A stretch of DNA of 64,000 nt. Source: Oopsacas minuta (Eukaryota; Animalia; Porifera). A model generated the notes under the pieces. The model searched no databases. It worked only from the letters and a program-made list of their open reading frames with translations, and had not been told where the DNA came from. Of the stretch, positions 39,214-52,561 are shown one piece after another. Made by a program: the position numbers and the translations under genes. Each line of letters opens with the position of its first letter. Positions within the stretch are counted from its first letter, which is position 1. The stretch is taken from contig JAKMXF010000301.1 in the NCBI GenBank assembly GCA_024704765.1, positions 410,292 through 474,291 on the forward strand, in the 5' to 3' direction.

Positions 39214-40228
39214 CAAACGATCGCAATTGGGGCACGACCAAGTTGTACTATTCTGTGGAGGAGTTTGAGGGTGTAAAGGTCCGTGAAAGGGGTGAGTTCC
39301 GGGGGACTACACGAAGCAAGTTACCCGTAGTGGCTAAGGAAGACATGTTGGATACGTTGGTGGCCGCACATCACGAGCTCAGTCATAAGAGGCGTGACAG
39401 GATGTACGAGTAATTCATGAGCCACTAGTATCAAATGTATTGTACATTAATTTTCCTCTTCTTAAGCTTCTGTGCCATTTGTCAAGCCAACAAAGGCAGG
39501 AAATCTACACTGAAAGTCGGCCACTGACCTGTCATACCCAAGAATGTTGGGGTGCGTGGGCAGGCTGAACTTGTGGATATGCAGATATGCCCAGACAACG
39601 ACTATCAGCACATCCTCAACCATCAGGACTGCTTCAGCAAGTTTGTCATCTCGAGGCCTCTCAAATCCAAGCGAGTGGTAGAGGTAGCTGAACATCTTGT
39701 GTAGATCTTCTGTAGCATTGGCCGCCACACATCTTGCGCACGGATAATGGGAGAAAGTTCGTTAACAAGAATCTCTTCACTTCCGTGGGCAGACTCTGGA
39801 CAAGTACACACCTTGTGCAGGAGAGACCAAGACACTCATAGGGCCTGGGTATTGTGAAGCGATCTAATGGTGAGTTCAAGAAGCAGTTATTCGTCCGTCT
39901 CATAATGGATGCGGGTAAAGAGACCAATGAGCGTGCAATTGAGCAGTTTGTTCAGTATTATAGAATAACGCATGCCACTCGGGTATTAAGGCGACGCCTT
40001 CTCTGTACACTTTGGGAGAACGCCCTTACCACTCGAGTGGCATTCGTTATTCTTGCTATACTGAACAAATTGTAACTCAATTAGCCTTTCATTGATCACT
40101 TTACCCGAATCCATGAGACGGGTGAATAATTGTCAAGACATTCACCCTCTTTCACGCCTTGGACCCTTACACCCTTAGATACACCGTATAATAGCGCAAC
40201 TTGGTCCTGCCCCCAATTGCGATCGTTT
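39214..40228 (+). mobile_element. Internally deleted Ginger2/KRBA2-like integrase element bounded by ~85-bp imperfect inverted repeats
   Basis: AHHELSH..CAICQ (HHCC), LVDMQ..QDCFSKF, DNGRKF; IR caaacgatcgcaattggggca.gaccaagttg and inward extension. Confidence 0.7.
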
Positions 40229-43073
40229 GGATTGCATTACTTTTCTTTAATATGGTTCATACATCCAAATGTTTTTAAATTAAGTGTTCTCATAACCAAC
40301 ATCCACAACACTACATACAGGTTATACGTAAGTGTATGTGGGTCGGATAACGAACATTATGTTCAGTTCCCTAAGGTGTTCTTACAACCGGCATTCACTG
40401 TATTATAAATATCAATATAGATTCTAAGAAGATATATACTTTAAAATATTCTTAGTGAAATACTATTACGGCTAAACACTTAGGTATCGTATTTCCATAA
40501 CATAAGACCCCTTGGAACCAAACAATTGAAGTCATTACGACTGGAAATTTCGGATAACATTGCTTGCGTTTATTATCTTTGGTTAATTCCTTCATTCGAG
40601 TTATAATGCAATGGCTTATCCAGGGGGGATCTGCGTGTTCAAACATTCTCCTCAATAACAGGTTTCCAAAAGAGATTTGTTGTTAATTATAATTCGATTT
40701 TCCTTCAATGTGTAGAGCTTTTGGAATCGTATTTACAGAATGATTTCCAATTTTCATAATTATTCTTCAACGAGTTTTCCGGACGATACTCCATAAGACT
40801 CCAGATAACTAATGTATTACCTGACTAAATTTGTATTCACCAAATAGTATAAATAAAATTATGAAACATAATTATTTTTATCTAAAATAATAAGAAAATT
40901 TATCTAAACAACTATGGCACAACTGCACAATATTGCACACCTCCTACTATGTGACAAGAATTGCTATACATCGATGTTTGCGCGTCTAAGATCAAAATAT
41001 TTTCTGGGGGCGCTTGCCCCCAAGACACTCCCTTACAGTAGCTTGCTTCGCTCACTCAAGAGCACCCCTCACGATAATCTGGATAAGCCACTGAAATGTA
41101 CCGATGATATTATAGAGAATAATCAAAATGTGATTAATACATGGGTAATTATAGTGAAAGGTATATAGTTACGGTGTCTGTATATTCCTAGAATGTAAAT
41201 ATTTAAATTTGATCTTTGCGAAAAATGCGTCAATTACACAAAATTTAGAACAGAGTATAATTTGAGAAATTTGTTCTTTATACTTAACACAGTAGGCATC
41301 TAGATAGAAATAGGATAATTATTCGTAACTCCAGATTAATGAATTCATTGTCTCTATTGAATTTACCATACTTTTAAACATCTTTTCATATTGATTCATG
41401 TATTTTCTGGTAGAAATGTTGTGGCCAATATCATCATTATTTTAGGAATTTCAGTTATTGCTTCAAAATATGTGTACTTCAATCACATAATACTAAAATA
41501 CTCCTTTGATATTGATAGAATTTCTACTCGAACATTTGAACAAATATTTGATCTTGTAAGGTAATTTATTCCTATGAATCGAACATCATAAGTAATGTGT
41601 TTAGTTTTCATCTAATTGTGGTGGAAAAATTTGTTTCCTTTTGTTACTCATAATCTCTTTATATATATAATGCATATTTGATTTTATAGTCAATAATTAT
41701 ATAGGTTTTATCCCGTATGGAAGTGCACAATATATTCTGTACCATTTGTAAGCATCTATGTATCTTCTTAAAATTCAAATGCGATGCTATTTAAATCTCT
41801 GAATGCAATCAAAGATGAAGTATGATTAATGAATATAATTACCTCATTTATAATCTTTATGTGTTTTTAATTCTCATATAATCTATACATCATCTAACTG
41901 TTTCTTAGAAAATCTACCTAAAATTATTAGTAAGGTAATTAAAATATCATTCAACAGATATATAACACAGAATCCATCCATACAATTGTGTCATTGCTGT
42001 TTCGGTTATACTCAAGGATGGAAATACAAATACTTTTCATAGTGCTGTTAACACCATAAGTAAAAGGTTGCTGTTCACAACAAATCTCAAATAGTTTTGT
42101 AGACCAGGACAATTTGTTTAAAATCATGCTGATGAGAATATACGACATACAGTCTACAATATGTGAGTTCCAAAAGAGATGGATACAGTTATTCTAGTGT
42201 GCATACTAATGAGATATATAACGGCGTAGTCAAATTGACTTCTCGACGATTTTTTGAGGAAAAGTTTTTCTGTTCACTCCAACTATCCTACTTTTATTTT
42301 AAATTGTTTTCAACTCTTACCAGCTACAAACCCTCTTTTTGCAGCTTAGAACACCAAGCATTTGGAAATTGCCGTGGTTAGTTCTTGAGAAAGGTGATAT
42401 TCACTTTTAACAATGCTGCTAACAACAATTTTCATCCTGTTACCAGTTGCCAGTTATATCATCTCTTCCAGAACTTTTGTATTACAACTGTTAAAAACTT
42501 GAATAGAAGGCGAAGGACGGTGCAAGTCATTCCGTGAGAATTGCTCTGAAATAGTAATGAGAATATTGCACTAAAATTACAATAATGGAAATATTTTGAT
42601 TGTGTTCATTTCCACATAACTCTTTAATCCTCTTATACTTTCAACCTACGATAATGATACCTTGTATTCGACCTCTACGCCATTTAAGCTCTATAACTAT
42701 AAGGTTTGTTAATCTCTCCTAAATTTTACGTACATTCGAAGCAAATTATTTGGCCCGTTTGGCCCACCCTATACTTATCATTTTAAAAAATATTAATTCA
42801 TTTAGAAGTAGCGATCGGAAATCTGACCATTTTAACAAAGTGGGGATTAAGAATAATAAGCTTCTGATCATAAATAGTCGTTGAAAGTAGCTAAGCCATA
42901 ACTTACTAACCAAAGGGAATGCAAAAAAATATTTGGTATTATTTCCTAACACGAAAAGGGAAACTTTATTCCAAATATAATGGAATGAACTTCTTTACTC
43001 GTGTAATAATGATTCCCGTGAATATCTCAGATTAAGCAAATATCTTACCAAAATATTTCCCTTTACATACGTG

Positions 43074-45150
43074 CATAGCCTACATAATATACTGCTATAT
43101 ATGTTACAATTTATAGACCCATAATAGAAGCCAGATTTGCGAAATGTAAATTGACAAATGGGGGTGTTCAACCTTACATTGTTATTTTCTGTTATGCGTT
43201 TTCAACTTCTTTCTTACTTATGATATGTTTCCTTCTGAAATTTACTTCAGCTGATTGAAAATGGTGAACCATTGGGCTGCAGTTAAATGCAAAACTGGTT
43301 ACACCAGTGATAGTAGTTAGAAAAGCATTGCACATTTCTTTTCCACCAAACCCAGATGTATATAAACGAAGGATCCTTTGAATAATCTTGCTATTTGGAA
43401 TCTAACCAAACACTCAGTAATATGCGAACTTCGCTTTAAAGAAAGATTTCTTAGTCTTGGTGAAAATGCAACCTAAAATGGCATTTGAATCATGTACCAT
43501 CAATATATCTGTCGAGTTAATGCAGAGTCTATTGTCCATTCCAATACCAACAACTAGCAATCCTCGAAGAAAAAGAGCCTATTGGGAAGATGAATTAGAG
43601 ACATTCAATGAAATATCATTGGTACTATATATGCTCTGAAAGATTTAGGGATAAATTACACCAATCTGGAGAATTATTAGGTTTTCTGGAGGCAACCATA
43701 GCTATGGAATAACATAGTATGTTCACAACTTTGGGACTAGAAATTCAGTACAGTAAATAATATTATTAACATAAATATTAACAATTATTATATGAATGTG
43801 GCTGGGAAGCAATAAGAGCAACATAATGCATGTTAACACCGACTTGTCACAGTGAGCATTTTAGTAAACCAAAATGAAGTAATGAAGCTTTTGACAATAT
43901 TGTTAATAGACGAAACGCTAATGCACTAACACCACAGTAGTTAATGAGGTCGGAGTAACGGTAATGCTGTGAGCTCTGAATCAGTGTATTCATCAAACTT
44001 AATTGCAGACCACTGCAATATGAATTTCAATAATTTAGTAATCGACGAAACGCTCAATTTTCTAAGATTTCGAGTCGATTAAATCAACAGAAAATTACAC
44101 GTTCAACTCCAATACAATTGTATTCTACTTACACTACCACAATGGTTTGTTCAAGGACATAACGTACAACTCCAAAAAATTAGCATGTTAGTAAATTTTC
44201 CTTCATATATAAGCAATACAGCAGCTGAAAACTAGTATTCCATTTCCGAGGAACTGAAGAGAGGCAGTATTATCGAGCCAAGGTAGACCTGCGTATTTTG
44301 TAGCTATTATTCACTATACTCTTCAGTTAAGACATACCGCCTTACAAGCAGACAAGTTGTCACTGGAAATTACTCGGATTTCCAAATAATATAGCACACC
44401 CCAAAAATAAAGGTTAGAAGAAATACCCATTCAATGATATTGTGCATGGGGTTAAGAACATTCGAAACAATTTATTGAATTGAACAAAATTGCTTCCAGA
44501 ATTTATCTACAATGAAATTTGCACATTAAAATTCATTACCCAGCAGGCTACATTCGTTTGGGGGAATATATAATTGAAAAATAAAGAACTGAAAGGAAAT
44601 CTGAGAAGAACCACGAAACTATAATATCGAGAACTACATCCTGGTGAGAACAAGTAAAATCCACCTCTAGCATTAGCTATAATAGATGAAACCTCCATTG
44701 CAACTACTAAAAGTTATTTTCTTGGCAGACCGGATGTGATCAAAATCATAATGCAGTTACCTTTATTTATGAAATCTTTCCCAATCGAAACAACGAGATT
44801 ATCGAAAGAAAATTGACAAAGCGATAAAAAATGCGAGGAGTGCAAAGCTTCATTAGCTGCACGTGATAATGATGTCAACAATGATTCTTATCTAGCACTC
44901 CTATCTCGTTGCGGTCTATTCGTGCTATTACAAATTCTTTCTCAGTTTGTTTGCATAATACTAGATATCATTGAAAAGGATATTCTAACGACTTCAATTC
45001 TTGTTAAATAAGCAGCAACTGTTTACATGCAAGGAACACATAGATTCGGGATTTACTTTGCCACTAAACAGTTATAAATAAATAGTTCAACAGCAACAGA
45101 AGATTGCAGCATATTAATTTCGAAAATATACTATCAGCGGATTCAAGAAA
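43074..45150 (+). mobile_element. THAP/P-superfamily element copy 3, heavily degenerate, right end not found
   Basis: Left end catagcctacataatata resembles copies 1 and 2; MVNHWAAVKC..SVICELRF at 43261; KGRPAY..LQLRHTALQA; CEECKASL..LLSRCGL. Confidence 0.6.
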
Positions 45151-45933
45151 TAACAGTAAATAAATAAATATTAAACTTTAGGATTTCTGTTTAGCGAAGT
45201 AGATTAACTTCAAATATTCCCTTCGTTGTTTCCATATACCAAATAATGCCATCCTTCAATTATTCCATAAGCTATCATTCAAAGTGGCCATATGGGGTTG
45301 GGAATTCATGAGTTCTAATTAAAAAACTGGTCTTATATTTTTGCCATTAAAATGTGACATCCAAGGCCATATATTTAGTTGACCATGAATGAACCTATGA
45401 CATTGCAGCGAATGAGTAAATTTCAATCTGAAGTAATACGAGCCCTTTGCTCGTCGCTTCTCGATGAATACGGCGCATTGCACCTCGAGGTATCCATAAT
45501 CCTCAAAATAGATGGCCCCTTTGACTATTATAACATAAATATATCTAGAACAATGAAATTCACATATATACTATAGAATTATTTTGTAAGATCAAACCTC
45601 TTTATAGTCTTTGAGACCAAGTATCTATGGAAATTTAGAGATTTTGTTAATATGCTTTCTATATATTCAAGAAAACAACAATAAATTAACATATGAGAAA
45701 CTTGAAAATGCGAAAATTGGATTAAGCACACTGTGTTACCCCGTGTATCCGATTAGAGCAAGCCTATTCATAACAACAACAATGCATTTACATATCAACG
45801 GACAACAACAATTGAGATCGAATAATATAGATGTTGTTTACAATATCAAATTCACAGCATACACGATTACCCCAGTATAGTCGTTGAAAGTATGATTTTG
45901 CCCCAATTTTGAATATGTTGCAGTGTATTAGAG

Positions 45934-45981
45934 TTTAGTGTATACGCGTATACACTAAATGTTTCGGGTGTACGCGTACAC
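45934..45981. repeat. Perfect 26-bp palindrome followed by a 14-bp palindrome, both centred on acgcgt
   Basis: tttagtgtatacgcgtatacactaaa; gtgtacgcgtacac. Confidence 0.9.
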
Positions 45982-48900
45982 ACGAATATAGGAGCGGGAA
46001 AGAGTATACAATTTATGACAATATATTTGTGTGTTCGAATACTTTTGTCCCCTGACTGTATATGGATTAAGGAATCATAGGAGAGCTAGTAGCTCCTCTA
46101 GATGGATGGTCATTGACGATAATATATTGGGGAGCGGAAAAATCGAGGATATTTCACTATTACCACAAAACAAATGGGCCCACGTCACACATCATCCATG
46201 CTATCAGGCATTTCCCCAAATAAGTTTGAACCCTTCTTTAACAATCATTAGAGGGTTATGCTACAATTCGTACAAGTGAACTTGTAACAAGTTCTAACAT
46301 AAAGATTTTATTCGAACATGGGTCAAATCAGTCTGAAAATGAACTTGACATGCTCTAAGATGTTAAATCCACCCAATGATAAATCTTAGTGTTAGAGGAG
46401 CAAAAAATTCCAAAAATGTCCGATTCTGAAACTTTTCTGAAAAGAAAATTTCAGAAATCCAAAATAGATTTTAAAACTATAGGATGGAAAGTGTTGTAAC
46501 TTGCGATACAATATAATAGTAAGGGACTTATAGTGTGGAATGTTTCAAACAATCTGAAGATGTTTGCTGAAATCATTAAATGGGTTGACAATAATTCCCC
46601 AGAGTAGAAAATCATAATATATTACAATTGACCTAATATCTGGCACCTCGAGGGAATAAAATGTGGGGTCTTTAAATAATAACACACAGTAAATTACGAG
46701 AAAGAAATTTCCAGCAATTCCAAAGCATAGATATCGCGAGATGACAGCAAAAACTAAAATAGATGTGCTATTATGAGATAGTTATGTATTGTTCTTACGA
46801 TTCACATATCATTAGGCAAATATATCTACTGTTAACAAACTTGATAAATCGTGAGTCTAACTTGATACTTTTTAAGACACTTTCTTAAACCATTAAAATT
46901 ATATTTTCATAAATTTCGCTCCTCCTCGACCTTGATTCGATAAGAATATTATTATCTCGTTATAGGGATAGTTTAAAGGAAATTTAGCTTTCAAGGGTGG
47001 TAAACTTTCAGAATGATCATAACACAATTTAATGGTACAAAGATAGAATCAATTTCGACGTAGCTTGGCGCTATGACATATTCCTTACGAAACTGAAAAA
47101 TATGCGTACATATTTTTCGATTTTAGAAATTAATCTGACGAAATGGCAGAAGGACAGGGCACAATTATGGCGCATGTAGAAATAATCATCCCGTTGTTGA
47201 ATATGCAAAAGAATTTATCCCAATCAAAACGCATAATGAAGACGTTGTTAGCCACAGTTTTGTTGTAAACCTTGAAGGGGAGATGAAAGATATTGGAATA
47301 TATCGCAATTTTTGATTGGGCGTCATAACTGACAAAAAACCTGGCAGTCATAGTCACCACAATCTCAATTTTTCGTATTCTCTTTAAATTATCAGTAATC
47401 GAACGACCAGCAAGATGGTCTAAATACGTGGAAAGACCCAATTGACTCTTTTGAGTCAGCTGAGGAAATGACATCGGGTAAATTATGTCGTTAAAGTGGC
47501 CAGATAACCGAAAATGCATGTCCTTTCGCTCAGCAAATTGTAAACCACACTGTAAATCAATCACTGAAAATTGAATTGAAACCACAAATTGAGATAATGG
47601 ATGACAATGACTGAGAATTTGTGCCACTTTAGGGGCTAAAATCATAAATTGAATATATTCCAAGATTCTTGATCTTCCGTATGATCAAAATCAAAACTGT
47701 AACCCACGGTGTTGTCTTGAAAAGAAAATGGGTCGATATGAATCAATACCTTTGAACATTCAAGAAACGGGAACATTATCTCTACAAGCACAAGAAATTA
47801 TGAACTGCCCTTCTGCATTCTCCCTCGTAAAATTCACCAAAATGAACATGTTTACATAAATTATTCATTTTCATCAAGGTATAAGCTTTCCCAAAAGATA
47901 TAACACTCCCTTCTACAAGATTCGGGGGAGAATCCTACTATGATTTATAAAAAGTTTAGGATAAAGCAGAAAACGTCATGCAATCACTCATGCAACTGTA
48001 GTATATCAATACAAATATCTAAGAAAACTTATCCTGACAAATATGACAGAAATGCCTACATATACCTTTTACAAGAGATAACAATTTTAGGAGTGTGCTC
48101 GGATAGTGATGAATCAGCGATAACTTTGGGGGGATTTGTTTGAAGTGTGTTCTCTGAAGAAGCAATAAATACCTCAGTGGTTGAGTTAGGTATCCGAATT
48201 TCTCTTAAAGCGTATAGATCGGAGTCGCACCATATCATATTTAACTGTCGAATTGATTGAATCTATTAGAAAAAATAATAAGAATCTACAGAATTTACAT
48301 TAAGTTTAGGAATGAGGTTTCTATAATGAATCGGGATACACAATATTGCTATTTCCAATAATCAAGATATCCAATAATTATGCTAAGAGGGTTTTCGGAG
48401 GCAAAAACTATACCTTATAGCTATTTTTCTAATCAAGACTTGAAAAGTATTTCAAAATCTGAAACCTGAATAGGAATTAGTTTATGCACAATATTCACAT
48501 TATTGCAATCAATTTATCGGGCTGGTTTGAAACAAAATGTATACAGGCAGCCCTTGCAGGGGGGGGTTACGTTACTCAAAATCGTCTCGATTGGCAAAAT
48601 CGCCAACAGTAAGAAGTTAGTTCAGTTAAATAGTGGGGTTAAGTTCCTAGATTGCAAAATTACTAACAATAAGTGAGACTAAACATGATCGGAATGTATA
48701 ATTACGCAATAATAATGAGTAATCAATAGGTGTGTGAACAGAAGAGGGTGAACTAGTTGATTTCATTAAGAGAAGGTTATTTTCACGTGTTGAAAATATC
48801 ACAAAAACACCAGAATAGTTGAACTAGATAAAATGTCCAATGTGAGTCGGCTGTTTTTCGAGAAAATAAATTGAATTACTATCAGAGTGAATACATCGCG

Positions 48901-49255
48901 AACGGAAAACTAGCGAACTGCGAGGAGTGCTGTACAATATCAAAATGGCCTTAGCCAGGTTCTCAGGGCAATTAGGCAAAAATACAGTGTACAAAATGGC
49001 AAATCGGGTAGGATTTATACACCATCTAGGGCAGTGGTTCCCAAACTTATATACCTAGCGACCCACTTTTAATTCACCAAAAACCTCGCGACACCCCAAA
49101 GTTAACTAGGATTATCTAATAATTCATGATCAATTCAGTAGTATTATGATATGATATCATTAATAAATGTTTTCTAATGTGAAGGATGTAGTTGTTTCTG
49201 CTTAACTAACTCTTGTATTTCGGACTCTGTGGTAGAGAGTGCTCAACGTAGGTCG

Positions 49256-52200
49256 CACAGTGGTTTAATAGGGTAGTTAATAAAGAATAGCTATTTTGGT
49301 GTGAGATAGCCATATGAAATGTATCATCTATAATAGATTATTATATATAAGGAACCAATACATCTTGTGATAACAAGTATATGGTCTAAAATTTCCAAGT
49401 CATGACGTCATTGATATATGTAAAATTTTAAATTTTCTTCAATAAATACATTTTACTCGACTTTATCACCAAGAAATCTATTAATTACATATGGGTTATC
49501 CGTATTTGGCAATCACCTTGAACTTAAAATTTTGTTGTAGGGCTTGTATTTATAGAGTCATAACGTCTTCAGAAATATGACGCCACACTTATGATGGAAT
49601 TTATCTTATTGATTTACAAAATATACATCATATTCCTACTTAAGCTCATGATAAGTAATCTGTATTGGAGGTTAAAGTCGTGAATAAAGTCTGTATACTA
49701 GTTTTCTGATTGTTCATAGCATTGCAGCATTTAGATCTCGTTGTGTGTCCAGATCGACCACATCGTTCACAAGTCAAAATTCTTCGATAGTCTACTAAGT
49801 TTGGATCACTTTGAGAGGTTAATCTGACGAAGATATCCATAATATTGGTCTCAAAACTAACTTTACGAGCTAAATTCTCCCGATATTTTCTAACTAATTT
49901 GTTGCATGATTCTGTGCCTTCTTCTGAAAATGCCTTTAAGCCATAGCTAGAATTCGACTCATGTATTAACTCCTCGGAATGGGCCAAGAGCTTGTGCAGG
50001 GTTGGAGTCATGCTACTCCAGGGAAAGAATCTAAGATGACAAGGTAGGTATCCTTGCACAATTTCTCCAATTCCAAAGTGTTAACCTTGTGACTTGAATT
50101 GAAAACTCGAAGAATGGCTGAAACCTGAGTATGTATCTTTGATAAGATTGGGCGATATTGTATTGCTACAGTTGATAGAATGCATTCAAGGTATTCAATT
50201 TCATCAGAAAAGGCTCTTCTAGCAACATTCCCTATTGAGGTGGTTCCACCGCTAGAATTGGCTGGTCAACCTTTAATCCTGCCTTCTCCTGAATAAATGT
50301 TTGAAGTAATTTCATTGACTCCTTGATAACTGGTGAAGTTGGGGACCAAGGAAACTTTTCGATGCGAAGATGATATACCAGCAAATTGAACCACCTAAAA
50401 TTTGTTTAATTATGTGACGATTAATTCTGAATGGTTAATTGAGTACTAGATTACTTACCTAAATACGCCTGTGTATGAATGAAGTGGAGATGCTGGATGT
50501 ATGTTAACCTCTAAAATTGGTTGATGAGTTAAATTGAAGCGTTCATTAGTCGAAAGAGCAAAGAACGACTCAATGTCATCAATGTACGAAAATAACTCGA
50601 TTGCATCTGTGATATTTCTGTTGATGGGGAACCCTTCAAGAACTAAATCCCGGTGCTTCAAATCTTTATATATGGCAGTGTACATCTGACAACTGACTCC
50701 TCCAGCTCCAGAGAGAATGGCTGCCATCTTCCCATCAAACATTGAGGGGATAATATCGACATTGACAACACCATTTTCTAAAGGAATCCTATTTTGCAAC
50801 ATCGCTGTATCGGGATTAATCATAGTTTCCATGAAGGAACGAATATTTTCTTCGCATTCTGTCGCAGCGCAGAGAAAAATAGGTCTTTGAGAGAAGGGTG
50901 AATTAGGGGATTTATTCTGCCAAACAATCCTGTGTTGTTACAGTGTGGATGAAGATGGGCTCGAAACAAAACAGAATGAAGTTTTTGGTGAAAGTATTAG
51001 TTATCTGCTGGTTATAGATAGTGTGACAACCAGAACCATCTAAGCCATCTGCGATTTTAAATGTGAGTTGGAATTCTTCATTTGTGGGGCGATCTACCAT
51101 TGACAATATTCTTCCAGGGTTTTCTGAACTTGAAGAAAATATGGTGCGTGTGTACCTATTGGTTTAGCTGGATTAGGATATAAAGTTATACTGGATCGCG
51201 AAATCATGATATCTCTCAGATTAGCTAGCTTGCTGTAAGATGGGAAATGTATAATGTCTGGTAGAAGTGTTTGACGTAGTTGAGTGTATTTTCGGCTGCC
51301 CACTTAAGTAAATCCAGCAGAAATAGGGCTTTATCAACTGGAATATGCTTGTTACTGAGGTAACAGAGTCCTCCACTGACAATAATCTCTTTGGCTACCG
51401 TAGCAACCTGACGATTATTCTCCTCATTTGCCAATAGTTGTAATGAGAGTGCTGCAATGCATATTTCTGTAGTATTCTCAATAACTGAGAGTGACTTAAT
51501 GCATCCTAGCAGACTTGACAATCGAGTACGCTGTTGCTGCAGAGAGAGATCATCAAGATGCTTCCTATGACTCACTGAATGAATGGGAACTCCACCATCA
51601 TCAGAAGACGACTCTAGTAAATCAGAAACACGATTTTTCTTTAACTCAGGTTTCATGGAATATTAGAATGCCACCATTCTCCTTCTAAACAATCTAAAGA
51701 TCTCTTCGCCTTCTTGAATCTGTGCCGAATTCTTAACAGCAACGTTTCCAAGAGTTTCATGTTATCAGAGTTTATTTCAAAGTGTTCTTTGAAATATTTT
51801 GTCGTTTTCAAGACACCTATTATTGTCTTTCAGGATACTGGTCAATTCAAGGCGGGACTTGGGAAAGTTAACTCTTCTGTCATCGTTTTCAAGAAATTCA
51901 GAAAAATATTTTGTATTATTCAGTAGATTATATATATAAGTACTATAATAAATTTCAAGAACCAAATTCAATACTATTTCATTCCATTGTTGCAGTATGC
52001 TACAATGGGAATTTCATAGCAACGAAAAGTTGTAATGGAATTTCATTGAAAATTATAGGTTGCGCACTGTTTTGGGTTTGTGGTTTTAGATCATGTTTTT
52101 AGGAATCGTAATGCTTGTATACGATTAATTTTGCGCTGTTGTTTTGTGTTGTTATTTTCCTGACATTTTAAGTATTACTCCTTGCAAAAATTCTGTACGG

Positions 52201-52561
52201 ATTTTACTAGATCTTAGAAATCTTATGTTCACGAAATATATACAAGATACAGTCATGGAAACAAGATATTTGGAATTGGCATAGTCGAAATGTATAAACA
52301 ATAAAGTATACCAGATTAGTAACATTCGATTATGTAATTGCTCTTACAGGTTCATATGAAATTGGGGCTAAATTTAGAAATCATGAAGCCGCAATTTTCC
52401 TATAAATATTTCGCATCTTTGCTGAAGAAATTTTACAGCTTCTAGGGTCTCAATCGCTTAGATATTTTAAATGAGAATCATTTAAACAATATAAAATGAA
52501 ATAAAACCATCAAAATGCGGAATCAATTTTTCGTCTATTAATTGCTTCTAAAACCACTGTG
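49256..52561 (-). mobile_element. Transib/RAG1-like transposon, copy 3
   Basis: cacagtggttt at both termini; 5-bp TSD ggtcg/gatca whose removal restores the host hAT frame EDDLR. Confidence 0.9.
49646..51971 (-). pseudogene. Transib/RAG1-core-like transposase with Cys/His C-terminal tail, disrupted
   Basis: KIADGLDGSGCH..YNQ, MFDGK, SPLH, LHKLLAH, FSEEGTESCNK, tail CERCGRSGHTTRSKC. Confidence 0.9.

Noticed and set aside
47640-47760. Faint resemblance to a USP protease motif
   Set aside because: Too short and degenerate; no catalytic boxes seen
49256-49645. Possible RAG2-like partner gene
   Set aside because: No space or kelch-like ORF inside any of the three Transib-like elements
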